From contig CAVSQB010000018.1 in assembly GCA_963729895.1 (NCBI GenBank), forward strand, positions 32,001-96,000: a stretch of DNA of 64,000 nt, given 5' to 3'. Of this stretch, positions 45,120-55,797 are shown in pieces. The DNA is from an uncultured Fibrobacterota bacterium. GTDB taxonomy: Bacteria; Fibrobacterota; Chitinivibrionia; Chitinivibrionales; FEN-1185. Every line of letters begins with the position of its first letter. Positions within the stretch are counted from its first letter, which is position 1. Below the pieces are notes generated by a model that saw only the letters and a list, made by a program, of their open reading frames with translations, did not search any database and was not told where the DNA came from. Made by a program: the position numbers and the translations under genes.

Positions 45120-47891
45120 ATGCCCAAAAAGAAACAATCCTCACGAAAAGCAAAGCACCCGCTGATCTGGAAATTGTTATGTGTCGCGCTGGGCCTTGTT
45201 GTGTTCCTTCTGGCGGCCGCCTATCCCGCGTATCTCGTCGGCCAGTACGCCTTCAACCGGTATTTCGACCACTGGGGCGAAAAACTCGTTGATCTTGAGA
45301 AACGCGGGCTCCTGTCCAGGAAATTCGGTGCAGCGTGGCAGGACGTGCTCAAGGACGAGGCCATGGAGCACGAGGCGCACAGGCTGCTCGGCGCCGACAC
45401 CTTGGGGAAGACAGACACCGCGCTCGTGGTGGATGGCGTATTTATCAACGATTATCCTTCGTTGTCCATCATTGCCAGGCTCAATGCTGTGCAACAGTAC
45501 TCAAACGAAATACGCATTGCGGACCGCAAAGACCGCGATATCGCGCGCATCCGCACGAACCACACCCGGGCAAAAATAAGCGAATTCCCGCCCACCCTTG
45601 TCAAATCCTTGGTTGCCGCGGAAGACGCCGATTTTTGGAAAAACACCACCGGCATCGAGTACAGCAGCATCGTGCGGTCGGTGGCGGGCGGCCTGCTTCG
45701 CAGCATACTTTCGTTACGGCCCGTGGCCCCGCGCGGCACGTCCACCATCACCCAGCAGGTGGCAAAGCTGTTTATTTCGGACGTCGATGAGGCGGGTACC
45801 CGCCGTGTTTCCAAGACCCTTGACCGGAAGCTCAGGGAAATGCGCCTTGCAAACGCGTTGCGCAAGGTGTACAAGCCCGAAGAAATTCTAGAAGTGTATG
45901 TCAACCACTGCATTACAAGCGACAATGGCCTTATCGGCTGCAAAGACATTGCCCGGGCCCTGTTCGACAAAGACCTCAAGGACTTGTCGGATGCGCAATC
46001 CGTGTACATCGCACGCATGGTAAAATGGGGCCGCAACGTGAAGCCCAAGATCGCACGGCAATGCGCGCTCGACATGCCGCGGATCGGCAAGGCTTTGGGA
46101 TGGAACGCGGCGAGGCAGGCGAAAATCCTTGCCGAGGTCCATGAGTTGACATTTAAGAAGCCGCGGCAGATTCAGACCGATTTCGGTGCGCTCGTCGATT
46201 GCGCCAACGAATACTGGTGCGCGGTGCTGAGGCGGAACGGCGCGCAAGACGGCCAGATCGATCAGATGGACATCGTGAACCCCAATTCCCTTATTCGCAA
46301 GAAGGGTAATCTCTCCATACGGCTCACCATCGACGTTCCTTTGCAGAAAGAGCTTGAGCGCCTTGTGAATGCGCGCGGGTATGGACCCGACACCACGGTG
46401 ATGGAGGGTGGCAGGCCGGTCCAGGTGGGTGGGCAATACTATGCCTACAGCATCATGGATTCCAAGGACGGCACGCTGCTGGCGTATTATTCGAGGGACC
46501 GAATGGGGTCACGCTTGTCGGGACTTCTTCGTAACAGGACCCCCAACGGATCGTCGACTGCCAAGCCGATTTTCAACGCGCTCAATTTCGACCTTGGCAC
46601 GTTTGCTCCCTATGCAAAATGGACCGACAGTGTGGAAGTGACCGACAACGTTCCATGGCAGCGGGCGTTTAGGCGCGACGCAAAAGGCAGAATTCTCGGC
46701 GTGGTGTTTACCCACAGCGCGGTGCGCGGAAAAGGCTATGAGGTGCACAACGACCACGACGAGTTTGAAGGCTGCCGGTATATTTTCGACCAGCTGAACG
46801 CGTCGAACAATATTCTCGGAGTGGAGACGGTGTACCGGCTCAACAGAACTCTGTTTTCCCTGGACGGCGGCATCAGCAAGGATGCATTCCCTCTTGTCCA
46901 ATACTTCTACCGGATCGGCGCGTTCGGCCGCATCAAGGACGATCTGCACCTCACCTCGGTGACGGGCGTGCGCGTGTACAAGGAGCTTGCACGCATCGTG
47001 GGTGTGGACGTTGATTCCACCGTGTCGGGCGGCAAGCGCGTGCCGATTTCGGACAGCCTGTACTCGGTGGCGCTCGGCACGCTCGAGCTTACCCTCTACG
47101 AGCAGATGCACCTGTTTAACGTGCTATATAATAACGATCTCATTGAAAGGCCGGCTAGCCACCCATCACTCATCATCGACAACATCGTTCTCAACGGCGA
47201 TACCGTGCAAATGACCGACACCATCAAGCGCTACCATCCATTTTTGGATGTAAATAACCTGCGTTCCACCTACCTTGGCCTCCACAAGCGGCTTGTCTCC
47301 GCTGACGGTCTTGACATATACGATATTACGGCGCCGCCCGATACCGCCGGGATCGAGATGAAAAGTGCGTTCGACAAGGCAGTACTCCCGCTTACGGGCC
47401 CGCCGTCCAACTTTGCAAAGAGCGGCACAACCGATGACGTGATCCGTCCGTTCGACGCGCGCGCCAGGAGCGGCAGGAAAACGAACTACGGCGTCTGGAA
47501 CGCGGTGCTGCGCGTCGACCTGTCCAAGTTGGCAGGAGCCGGCGCAGAACCCGACATCCGCGACATCACCGTGGCGTGCATCGGCGAATGCAGCCAGCAC
47601 TACACGGGCGCTCGCGACGGCAAGAGCCTGCACAAGTTCCTCACCAAGAACCTGTTGCTCAAAGCCGGCGTTCCATGCCCCAACGGTTTCTTCACAAGGT
47701 ATGAGGCGTATATCAAGCGCGCTACGCCTAAAGACTCATTGGATTGTGTCAATGCAGCCGGTGCCGGGCAAGAATCCAAGCCCGGGAATCCGTTTGAACG
47801 GTTCCTTTCAATATTCAAGAAGAAGGCCGACACCTCAAGAGCTGCGCCCACGGTGGATACGGGCGGGCCGGTTTCGAAGAATCAGGATTGA
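45120..47891 (+). CDS. Class A penicillin-binding protein (GT51 + transpeptidase-like)
   Basis: Basic N-terminus + TM helix; AAEDADF, GTSTITQQVAK and RKLRE; STAK, SNN and KSGT motifs. Confidence 0.82.
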   Translation: MPKKKQSSRKAKHPLIWKLLCVALGLVVFLLAAAYPAYLVGQYAFNRYFDHWGEKLVDLEKRGLLSRKFGAAWQDVLKDEAMEHEAHRLLGADTLGKTDTALVVDGVFINDYPSLSIIARLNAVQQYSNEIRIADRKDRDIARIRTNHTRAKISEFPPTLVKSLVAAEDADFWKNTTGIEYSSIVRSVAGGLLRSILSLRPVAPRGTSTITQQVAKLFISDVDEAGTRRVSKTLDRKLREMRLANALRKVYKPEEILEVYVNHCITSDNGLIGCKDIARALFDKDLKDLSDAQSVYIARMVKWGRNVKPKIARQCALDMPRIGKALGWNAARQAKILAEVHELTFKKPRQIQTDFGALVDCANEYWCAVLRRNGAQDGQIDQMDIVNPNSLIRKKGNLSIRLTIDVPLQKELERLVNARGYGPDTTVMEGGRPVQVGGQYYAYSIMDSKDGTLLAYYSRDRMGSRLSGLLRNRTPNGSSTAKPIFNALNFDLGTFAPYAKWTDSVEVTDNVPWQRAFRRDAKGRILGVVFTHSAVRGKGYEVHNDHDEFEGCRYIFDQLNASNNILGVETVYRLNRTLFSLDGGISKDAFPLVQYFYRIGAFGRIKDDLHLTSVTGVRVYKELARIVGVDVDSTVSGGKRVPISDSLYSVALGTLELTLYEQMHLFNVLYNNDLIERPASHPSLIIDNIVLNGDTVQMTDTIKRYHPFLDVNNLRSTYLGLHKRLVSADGLDIYDITAPPDTAGIEMKSAFDKAVLPLTGPPSNFAKSGTTDDVIRPFDARARSGRKTNYGVWNAVLRVDLSKLAGAGAEPDIRDITVACIGECSQHYTGARDGKSLHKFLTKNLLLKAGVPCPNGFFTRYEAYIKRATPKDSLDCVNAAGAGQESKPGNPFERFLSIFKKKADTSRAAPTVDTGGPVSKNQD

Positions 47892-47991
47892 ATAGGTTGA
47901 AAGGGGAAGCACCGCAGCCCTTATCGACCCAACAATTATCCCCTCCTTCCGGCATTTTATTATATTTCTTATTCCACAATCTATTGTATAA

Positions 47992-49821
47992 ATGGCGGAA
48001 ACAGCTACAATATATATGCCAGATACAAAACTATCGATCCCGGTATACGACGAAAAAACAATCAAGACCCTCAGTTCCCTCGAGCACATCCGTTTACGCC
48101 CTGGGATGTACATCGGCCGCCTGGGCGACGGAACCAACCCCGACGACGGCATCTACATCCTGCTCAAGGAAGTGATCGACAACTCGATTGATGAATTCAT
48201 CATGGGGTTCGGAAAGAAGATTGACATCTCCATTGAAGAGGGGATCGTTTCCGTGCGCGACTACGGCCGCGGCATACCGCTCGGCAAGGTGATCGAATGC
48301 GTGTCGGTGATCAACACCGGCGCAAAATACAATGACGACGTGTTCCAGTTCAGTGTGGGACTCAACGGCGTCGGCACCAAGGCGGTGAACGGGATGTCGT
48401 CCCATTTTCGCGTAGCGTCGTTTCGCGACGGCGAGTTCTTTGAGGCGACGTTCTCACGAGGCAAGCAAATCTCAAAACGCAAGGGGTCGGTGAAGGGTGA
48501 GCACAACGGCACCCTTATCGAGTTCACGCCCGATGCGGAACTCTTCGGCGACTCTGCGTTCAACGTTGAGTACGTGGAACGCAGGCTCTGGAATTACGCC
48601 TGCCTCAACACCGGGCTCAAGCTGGTTTTCAACAAACAGACCTTCGAATCGAAAAACGGGCTTCTCGACCTTCTTACCGATGAAGTGGGCGAGAGCACCG
48701 TCTACCCCATCGGACATTTCAAGACCAAGTTCCTGGAATTTGCCTTCACCCATACCGCAAGCTACGGGGAAACCTACCGTTCGTTTGTGAACGGCCAGCT
48801 CACCAGCGACGGCGGCACGCACCTGTCCGCGTTCCGCGAAGGCATTCTCAAGGGGATCAACGAGTTTTACAAGAAAGACTATTCGGGCCTCGACGTGCGC
48901 GAAGGAATGGCGGGCGCGATTGCGGTGAAGCTCAAGGCGCCGGTGTTCGAATCGCAGACCAAGAACAAACTGGGTAACACCGAAATCCGCGGCTGGGTAA
49001 TTTCCGAAGTCAAGTCGGGCGTTGTGGACTTTCTCCACAAGAACCCGGAAAGCGCCAAGGCGCTTGAGAGCAAGATAGTCCAGAACGAGCATCTGCGCAA
49101 AGAACTCAACGCGGTCAAGAAGGAAGCCAAGGAAGCCGCCAAGCGCATCGAAATAAAAATTCCCTGCCTCAAGGACTGCAAGTACCATCTTGGCGACACG
49201 AAACACGGCGAGGAATCAACCGTGTTCCTTACCGAAGGGCAATCGGCCGCCGGTTCCATCGTGTCCGCGCGCGACGTGCAGACACAGGCGATCTTCACGC
49301 TCAAGGGCAAGCCGGAAAACGTATTCAGCAGGAACCGGGCGGCCATCTACCAGAACGAAGAACTGTACAACCTGATGATGTCGCTCGGCATCGAAGAGAA
49401 CATCGAGAACCTGCGGTACAACCGCATCGTCATCGCCACCGACGCCGACGTGGACGGGTTCCACATCCGCTATCTGCTCATGACATTCTTCCTCACCTAC
49501 TTTGAAGACCTGGTGGTATCAAACCACCTTTATATATTGGAAACGCCGCTGTTCCGCGTTCGCAACAACAAGGAAACGCGGTATTGTTACAGCGAGAAGG
49601 AGCGCGACGCCGGCACGCGCGACCTGAAGGGCTCCGAGGTGACCCGGTTCAAGGGTCTTGGCGAGATATCGCCCGGCGAGTTCGGCCAGTTTATCGGCGA
49701 GGACATGCGGCTCGTGGAAGTCAACGTAAAATCGATCAAGAACATACCGGAAACGCTGGAATTCTACATGGGCAAGAACACGCCGCAGCGGAAAGACTTC
49801 ATTATGGAGAACCTAGTCTAA
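47992..49821 (+). CDS. parE: DNA topoisomerase IV subunit B
   Basis: EHIRLRPGMYIG, EVIDNSIDE, GLNGVGTKAVN, TEGQSA, DADVDG and RFKGLGE; short type. Confidence 0.9.
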   Translation: MAETATIYMPDTKLSIPVYDEKTIKTLSSLEHIRLRPGMYIGRLGDGTNPDDGIYILLKEVIDNSIDEFIMGFGKKIDISIEEGIVSVRDYGRGIPLGKVIECVSVINTGAKYNDDVFQFSVGLNGVGTKAVNGMSSHFRVASFRDGEFFEATFSRGKQISKRKGSVKGEHNGTLIEFTPDAELFGDSAFNVEYVERRLWNYACLNTGLKLVFNKQTFESKNGLLDLLTDEVGESTVYPIGHFKTKFLEFAFTHTASYGETYRSFVNGQLTSDGGTHLSAFREGILKGINEFYKKDYSGLDVREGMAGAIAVKLKAPVFESQTKNKLGNTEIRGWVISEVKSGVVDFLHKNPESAKALESKIVQNEHLRKELNAVKKEAKEAAKRIEIKIPCLKDCKYHLGDTKHGEESTVFLTEGQSAAGSIVSARDVQTQAIFTLKGKPENVFSRNRAAIYQNEELYNLMMSLGIEENIENLRYNRIVIATDADVDGFHIRYLLMTFFLTYFEDLVVSNHLYILETPLFRVRNNKETRYCYSEKERDAGTRDLKGSEVTRFKGLGEISPGEFGQFIGEDMRLVEVNVKSIKNIPETLEFYMGKNTPQRKDFIMENLV

Positions 49822-51731
49822 TGGCGTTTGTCCCTGCACTTTACAAAAACTACTTTATCGAGTACGCAAGCTACGTCATCAAGGACCGCGCCATACCCGA
49901 CATCGAGGACGGGCTCAAGCCGGTGCAGCGCCGCATTCTTCACACGCTCTTCGAAATGGACGACGGCAAATTCCACAAGGTTGCCAATGCCGTGGGCCAG
50001 TGCATGAAATACCATCCGCACGGCGACCAGTCGATTTTTGCCGCCCTCGTCGGCCTGGCTAATAAAGATTTGTTTATTGACAAACAGGGTAATTTCGGCA
50101 ACATCCTCACGGGCGACGAGGCCTCGGCGATGCGCTACATCGAGTGCCGCCTCACACCGCTTGCCCGGGAAACCCTGTTCAATCCGGAAATCACCGATTT
50201 CGTCGGCTCCTACGACGGACGCAACAAGGAGCCCGTTGTATTGCCCGCCAAGGTGCCGGTTCTTCTGGCGCAGGGTGCCGAAGGAATTGCCGTGGGCATG
50301 GCCACCAAGATCCTGCCGCACAATTTTATCGAGCTGCTCCAGGCGCAGATCGCGTATCTTAACAAAGAGGACTTCTCGCTGAGGCCGGATTTTCCCTCGG
50401 GCGGCATGCTTGACATGTCGGAGTACGGAGACGGCAACGGCAAGGTCCGCATCCGCGCCAGGCTCGACACCGGCGACGACAAGCGGATCGTGGTCCGCGA
50501 AATCCCCTTCGGCACCACAACCGAAAGCCTCATCGCCAGCGTGGAGGCCGCAGCCCGCAAAAACAAGATCAAGATAGCGGGTATTTCCGATTTCACCTCG
50601 GAACAAGTGGAGATCGAGATCCGGCTCGCGCGCGGTGTGCACACGCAGGACACGGTCGACGCGCTGTACGCGTTTACGGACTGCGAAGTGTCGACCAACG
50701 TGAACGTGGTGGTAATCAAAGAAGGCAAACCGGTCACCATGAGCGTGTCCGACGTGCTCAAACACGGCGCGGACCGGACCGTTGAGCTTTTGAAGCGCGA
50801 GCTTAAGATCGAGGACGGCCATTTGCGCGACCGGCTGCACGCCAAGACGCTCGAACAGATCTTCATCGAAAACCGTGTGTACAAACGCATCGAAGACAAG
50901 AAGACGCAGGAAGCCGTCACCAAAGCGGTAATTGACGGACTGGAACCTTTTGCCGGCCAGATCAAGCGCGAGGTGACGGCCGGCGACGTGGAAACCCTGC
51001 TCAAGATTCCTATCCGCAGGATCTCTGCCTACGACATCAACAAAGCCCGGCACGAAATGGACGAGATCAAGACGCGGCTCAAGGAGATCCGGCATTCGCT
51101 CGATACTATCGTGGATTACACTATCGGGTTCATGCAGGATACCATGCTCAAGTACAGCAAGCAGTATCCGCGCCGCACCGAAGTGGTGTCGTTCGAGAAG
51201 GTTGATGTCCGCGAAGTCGCCCAGCGCAACCTCAAGCTTCGTTACGACCGCGACAACGGTTATCTCGGCTACGAGGTGAACGGCAGCGGGCTCTTCGATG
51301 TCTCGCTGTACGACCGCATTCTCGTGATCCGCAGGAACGGCATGTATTCGGTAATCAACGTGCCCGACAAATTATTCGTGGACAAGGGCATGCTGCACTG
51401 CGGGTTCATCGACAAAGACGCCGTCTATTCCCTGGTGTACAAGAGTCCCGAGAATCAGTTCCCCTACGTAAAGCGCTGCCACATAGAGCAGTTCATCATG
51501 CAGAAGGCATACCTGCTTGCGCCCGAAGGGGCGACCGTCCAGATGTTCACCACCGAGACCGACGGGACCATCGAGGTGGAATACAAGCCCAAGCCCTATC
51601 TGCGCGTGCTTGAGGAGAAGTTCAACCTCGGAGATTATCTGATCAAGGGGGTCAAAGCCCAGGGTGTGAGGCTTTCCAACAAGGAAGCCAGGACCGTGAA
51701 GTTCGTGGCGGACCTCAAGTTGACCAATTAA
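49821..51731 (+). CDS. parC: DNA topoisomerase IV subunit A
   Basis: RAIPDIEDGLKPVQRR, YHPHGD and AMRYIE catalytic Tyr; TAATG coupling to parE. Confidence 0.9.
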   Translation: MAFVPALYKNYFIEYASYVIKDRAIPDIEDGLKPVQRRILHTLFEMDDGKFHKVANAVGQCMKYHPHGDQSIFAALVGLANKDLFIDKQGNFGNILTGDEASAMRYIECRLTPLARETLFNPEITDFVGSYDGRNKEPVVLPAKVPVLLAQGAEGIAVGMATKILPHNFIELLQAQIAYLNKEDFSLRPDFPSGGMLDMSEYGDGNGKVRIRARLDTGDDKRIVVREIPFGTTTESLIASVEAAARKNKIKIAGISDFTSEQVEIEIRLARGVHTQDTVDALYAFTDCEVSTNVNVVVIKEGKPVTMSVSDVLKHGADRTVELLKRELKIEDGHLRDRLHAKTLEQIFIENRVYKRIEDKKTQEAVTKAVIDGLEPFAGQIKREVTAGDVETLLKIPIRRISAYDINKARHEMDEIKTRLKEIRHSLDTIVDYTIGFMQDTMLKYSKQYPRRTEVVSFEKVDVREVAQRNLKLRYDRDNGYLGYEVNGSGLFDVSLYDRILVIRRNGMYSVINVPDKLFVDKGMLHCGFIDKDAVYSLVYKSPENQFPYVKRCHIEQFIMQKAYLLAPEGATVQMFTTETDGTIEVEYKPKPYLRVLEEKFNLGDYLIKGVKAQGVRLSNKEARTVKFVADLKLTN

Positions 51732-51751
51732 TACAATACGCTATTTCTTGT

Positions 51752-51858
51752 GGGGGAAGTTTACCCCGGCGTCCTGCCGGTGCTCCGCTACCTCTCTCCC
51801 GGGTACCCCATGTGAGTTGATTTGCAAGAAAGAAACTTCGGCTGGGGGGCACCCGCGA
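51752..51858 (+). repeat. Module E (51752-51768) followed by module D copy 3 (51799-51858)
   Basis: Matches 10317-10333 and 7312-7374. Confidence 0.75.
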
Positions 51859-51957
51859 AGCGCTGTGGAATTGAAGAACGCAGCATTTTAGGATGGAGGC
51901 GCTCTGCAGCAGTACCTCTAGCTAAAAATGGTTTTCCTTCATCAACGCTGGGGCGTT

Positions 51958-52872
51958 TCAACGATTCAACTTTTTGAACTTTGCTCCCTGCAGCAAACCC
52001 CTCTTCTCCATCACATCATAAATAACCTTCATCGACCCCGCCTTGTCCGCGCTCCACATCGGCGCAACCAGCCCGTTTTTCACGCTCGCATCGGCCATGA
52101 TCCTGTGGATATGCTGGTCCGGCCTCAGGCGCGCCAGGAAATCGCACACAGCTTCGGCATATTCCTCGAGCGTCAACGGCTGTACCGTGCCTTCTTCGTA
52201 CCACCGGTGCATCCGGGTCCCGGCGATAATCATGAGCTGATGGATCTTGACTCCTGTTACCGGAAGAGAGGCTACGAGCGTTGCCGTCGAGACTGCGTCG
52301 CCCGCAGATTCGGACGGCAGCCCGATCATCACGTGCGCCACCGTCTCGATTCCGCGTGCATTGAGCCGGTGTACGGCATCGACAAACGCCTTTGTGTCGT
52401 GGCCGCGTCCGTTGAGGCGAAGCGTCTCATCATTCCCGCTCTGCAAGCCGATTTCCACGGAGACATACGTCCGCTTCGACACCTCTTTCAAGTAGTCGCA
52501 AACGTCGTCCGGAAGACAGTCGGGACGCGTGCCGATCGCCAGGCCGGCAATGTTAGGATGACCGAGGAGCGGCTCGTAAATATTTCGGAGTCGTCTTACG
52601 CTTTCGTAGGTATTGGAAAACGGCTGCAGATAGGCGATGAACGCGCTGTGCCTGCCCCCGTCCTTGGTAATTGCACATTTCAATTGGTCGAGCAATGATG
52701 CGGCGGTGACGGCCACGGGCGAGAACGACCGGTTGTCGCAGAACGAACAGCCTTCGCTGCCGATGGTGCCGTCGCGATTGGGGCATGAAAAACCGGCATT
52801 GAGAGGAATCTTGAGAACCGGCCTTCCGATGTGTTTCTTGAGATAGGAACGGTAGGAGTTATAGCGTTCCAC
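51958..52872 (-). CDS. TIGR01212 (YhcC-like) radical SAM protein
   Basis: GFSCPNRDG..GCSFC, IGTRPDC, EIGLQS and VKIHQL. Confidence 0.9.
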   Translation of the reverse strand: MERYNSYRSYLKKHIGRPVLKIPLNAGFSCPNRDGTIGSEGCSFCDNRSFSPVAVTAASLLDQLKCAITKDGGRHSAFIAYLQPFSNTYESVRRLRNIYEPLLGHPNIAGLAIGTRPDCLPDDVCDYLKEVSKRTYVSVEIGLQSGNDETLRLNGRGHDTKAFVDAVHRLNARGIETVAHVMIGLPSESAGDAVSTATLVASLPVTGVKIHQLMIIAGTRMHRWYEEGTVQPLTLEEYAEAVCDFLARLRPDQHIHRIMADASVKNGLVAPMWSADKAGSMKVIYDVMEKRGLLQGAKFKKLNR

Positions 52873-53000
52873 TGTTTATAATTGATTAGAACTGCAGGTT
52901 GCAAATTCAGGGATCCAGGTCACCGGAAGAAAATAAAAAAGGGTAACCCGGTGCACCTCCAAACTGGAACCTCCAACCTGCACTTGTCCTGTAGTGCAGA

Positions 53001-54089
53001 TCACTGGGCAGTACCGGCCTTCTTCTTTGCTTCTTTTCTGAGGTCCAGGCTCTGGGTGGTGTCTTTGCTGATATTGTCGATATCGGAGCCGACGTCCACG
53101 GGTTGGGCGTCAAGGTGTTTTGCTTCCCCGCCGCCCCCCTTGTGCAGCTCGCTCTTCAGCTGCTGCATCTGCGCCTCGTTCTGTTCCGAAGCCTTTTCGC
53201 GGTTTGCTTTGGCGTCGGACTTGCCGGTTGAAACGGCTTCGCCGTTCTCAAGTTTGTCAATTCGCCGTTGCACTTCTTCTTTCTTCATCGCCTCGTTCAG
53301 ATAAATGAGATATTTCTTATAGGTGGCGATAGCATCCTCTTTCTTTCCCATTTCCTCCTGCAGCAGCCCGAGGTTATCGTAGAACACCTGGGAATTTTCA
53401 TCGAGTTTGACCGAGATTTGGTATTCTTTGAGCGCCTCCGCCTTATTGTTTTCTTTTTTCCACAGGATGTTGCCGAGCTGCCAGTGTGCGTCCGCGTTGT
53501 TGGGATCTGCCGCGATGGCCTCCTGGCAGTATTTCTTCGCCCCCGCGACATTGCCCTTCTCGGTAAGGCAACGGGCAACCCCGCTGTACGCTTCGCCCCG
53601 TTTTCCATCGGTCCGGATGGCGGCTTCGTAATGGGCAATGGCCTTGTCATAGGCGCCTGCGTTCTCGTACATCGCAGCCAGGTTCATGCGTGCATCAACA
53701 TTGCTCGGGTTGAGTTCAACGGAACGGGCAATGGCGTCCGCGGCCTTTCCCGACTTGCCGAGTTTCTCGTATGCAAAGCCTATATTCGCCCAGCAGTCGG
53801 CGTTCCGGGGATCGAGCGAAATCGCCCTGTTGTATTCCGCAACGGCTTTATCGTACCGCTCGGCCTGAAGATAGGCGAATGCGAGATTGGCCTGGGCCTC
53901 AAAGTTCCTCGGCTCCTTGGCGACCACCTGCCGGAACACGGAAATGGCTTCCGTGTACGCGCCGTTTTTCAGCAGATTGTCGCCCGATGCCATGAGTTCC
54001 TCAACGGAATTCTGACTTCTTGCCGGCATCACAAGCACAAACGCAGCGGCAAGAACCGACATGATGCACATGAGCTTGGTCGTTTTCAT
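53001..54089 (-). CDS. Exported tetratricopeptide repeat protein
   Basis: Signal peptide followed by consecutive TPR units. Confidence 0.88.
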   Translation of the reverse strand: MKTTKLMCIMSVLAAAFVLVMPARSQNSVEELMASGDNLLKNGAYTEAISVFRQVVAKEPRNFEAQANLAFAYLQAERYDKAVAEYNRAISLDPRNADCWANIGFAYEKLGKSGKAADAIARSVELNPSNVDARMNLAAMYENAGAYDKAIAHYEAAIRTDGKRGEAYSGVARCLTEKGNVAGAKKYCQEAIAADPNNADAHWQLGNILWKKENNKAEALKEYQISVKLDENSQVFYDNLGLLQEEMGKKEDAIATYKKYLIYLNEAMKKEEVQRRIDKLENGEAVSTGKSDAKANREKASEQNEAQMQQLKSELHKGGGGEAKHLDAQPVDVGSDIDNISKDTTQSLDLRKEAKKKAGTAQ

Positions 54090-54289
54090 ATCGAATCCCC
54101 TCTTCTAGGATATGGATATTCCGATCCGCTAGTTCCATGTAAGGAGGTAACACGTAAAATAGCAATGAAAGGGACCGCCATCAAGAGTTATCTTGAGCAA
54201 CATGATTTTTGGACGCTCGAAACGTCGACGGGGTTTTCAATCAACTATATTAGAAAACTTGCGCTTGTCCAAAACATGACGGGGGATAC

Positions 54290-55747
54290 ATGGGCGGCAA
54301 AAACCAGCAGATGCGAACCGACGTCTACAGCAATCCTTTGCTCGAACGCTATGCCAGCAAGGAAATGTCCTTTATCTTCTCGCCGGATTTCAAATTCGGC
54401 ACGTGGAGAAAACTGTGGATTGCGCTTGCTGAATGCGAAAAAGACCTTGGTCTTCCCATCACGGCCGAACAGATTGCCGAAATGAAGGACCACGCGCACG
54501 ATGTCGATTATGATGCGGCCGCCGCCTACGAGGCAAAGACCCGCCACGACGTCATGGCGCATATTCTCGCGTTCGGCGACCGTTGCCCGGCCGCAAAGCC
54601 CATCATTCACCTGGGCGCGACGAGCGCGTTTGTGGGCGATAACACCGACCTGATCCAGCTCAAGACGGCCGGGACCATGCTCCTTGCCCGGCTCTCGGCG
54701 GTGATCGCGGCGCTCAAGGATTTCGCGCTTGCAAACAGGAACCTGGCAACAATCGGGTTCACTCATTTCCAGCCCGCCCAGCTCACCACCGTCGGCAAAC
54801 GCGCGAGCCTGTGGCTGTACGAACTCACCCTCGACTTTGCGGCCCTCGAACAGTTCTGCACGTTTTTGCCCTTCCTTGGAGTCAAGGGCGCCACCGGGAC
54901 GCAGGCGAGTTACATGAGCCTGTTTTCGGGGGACGAGGGCAAAGTGAAGAAGCTTGACACAATGGTTGCCGGGAAGATGGGATTTGATACGGTTGTCCCC
55001 GTGTCGGGCCAAACCTATTCGCGCAAGATCGATGCTCAAGCCCTGGCGATCCTGTCCGGCATTGCCCAGACGTTCCACAAAATCTCAAACGACATTCGGT
55101 TGTTGGCGCACCTGGGCGAGATCGAGGAGCCGTTCGAAAGCGGCCAGGTTGGATCGTCGGCAATGGCCTACAAGCGCAATCCCATGCGCTGCGAACGCAT
55201 GACCTCGCTTGCACGGTATATTATTTCTTTGTCGTCATCGCCGGCAAATACGGCAGCGGAACAGTGGTTCGAGCGGACACTCGACGATTCCGCAAACAAG
55301 CGTTTGTCGATTCCGGAGGCGTTTCTTGCGGCCGACGCCATCCTCATCATCGGCCTCAATGTGCTCTCCGGCCTGATTGTATACCCGCGTGTTATCGCGA
55401 AGCACGTGGCTGAAGAGCTTCCCTTTATGGCGACCGAAAGCATTCTCATGGAAGCCGTGAAGAAGGGCGGGGACAGGCAGTCTTTGCACGAACGCATCCG
55501 GAGCTATTCCATGGAAGCCCACAAGGGAGTCAAAACCGAAGGAAAGCAGAACGATCTTCTTGAGCGCATTCTTGCCGATCCGGCGTTCAAATTGACGAAG
55601 CAGGATCTGGACAGGATCCTTGACGTCACCGCATTCGTGGGGCGGGCGCCGCAGCAGGTTGATGAGTTTGCAAAGGACGTTGTTAACCCGCTTCTGGAGC
55701 GGAGCAGGCGATACGGCTCGATCGAGAAGAAAGAGTTGACGGTGTAG
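54290..55747 (+). CDS. purB: Adenylosuccinate lyase
   Basis: RHDVMAH, IHLGATS, GFTHFQPAQ and GSSAMAYKRNP signature. Start may be ATG 54311. Confidence 0.95.
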   Translation: MGGKNQQMRTDVYSNPLLERYASKEMSFIFSPDFKFGTWRKLWIALAECEKDLGLPITAEQIAEMKDHAHDVDYDAAAAYEAKTRHDVMAHILAFGDRCPAAKPIIHLGATSAFVGDNTDLIQLKTAGTMLLARLSAVIAALKDFALANRNLATIGFTHFQPAQLTTVGKRASLWLYELTLDFAALEQFCTFLPFLGVKGATGTQASYMSLFSGDEGKVKKLDTMVAGKMGFDTVVPVSGQTYSRKIDAQALAILSGIAQTFHKISNDIRLLAHLGEIEEPFESGQVGSSAMAYKRNPMRCERMTSLARYIISLSSSPANTAAEQWFERTLDDSANKRLSIPEAFLAADAILIIGLNVLSGLIVYPRVIAKHVAEELPFMATESILMEAVKKGGDRQSLHERIRSYSMEAHKGVKTEGKQNDLLERILADPAFKLTKQDLDRILDVTAFVGRAPQQVDEFAKDVVNPLLERSRRYGSIEKKELTV

Positions 55748-55797
55748 AGGAGGATGATGACCCGGAACTTTGTTGCAGCGAACGGAGCGAGATCATT

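Noticed and set aside
47992..51731. gyrB/gyrA assignment
   Set aside because: Short subunits, no GyrA box seen, and sequence style fits ParE/ParC.
54090..54290. Purine-related riboswitch upstream of purB
   Set aside because: No purine or ZTP aptamer consensus recognised; only a short TCAAGA/TCTTGA palindrome.
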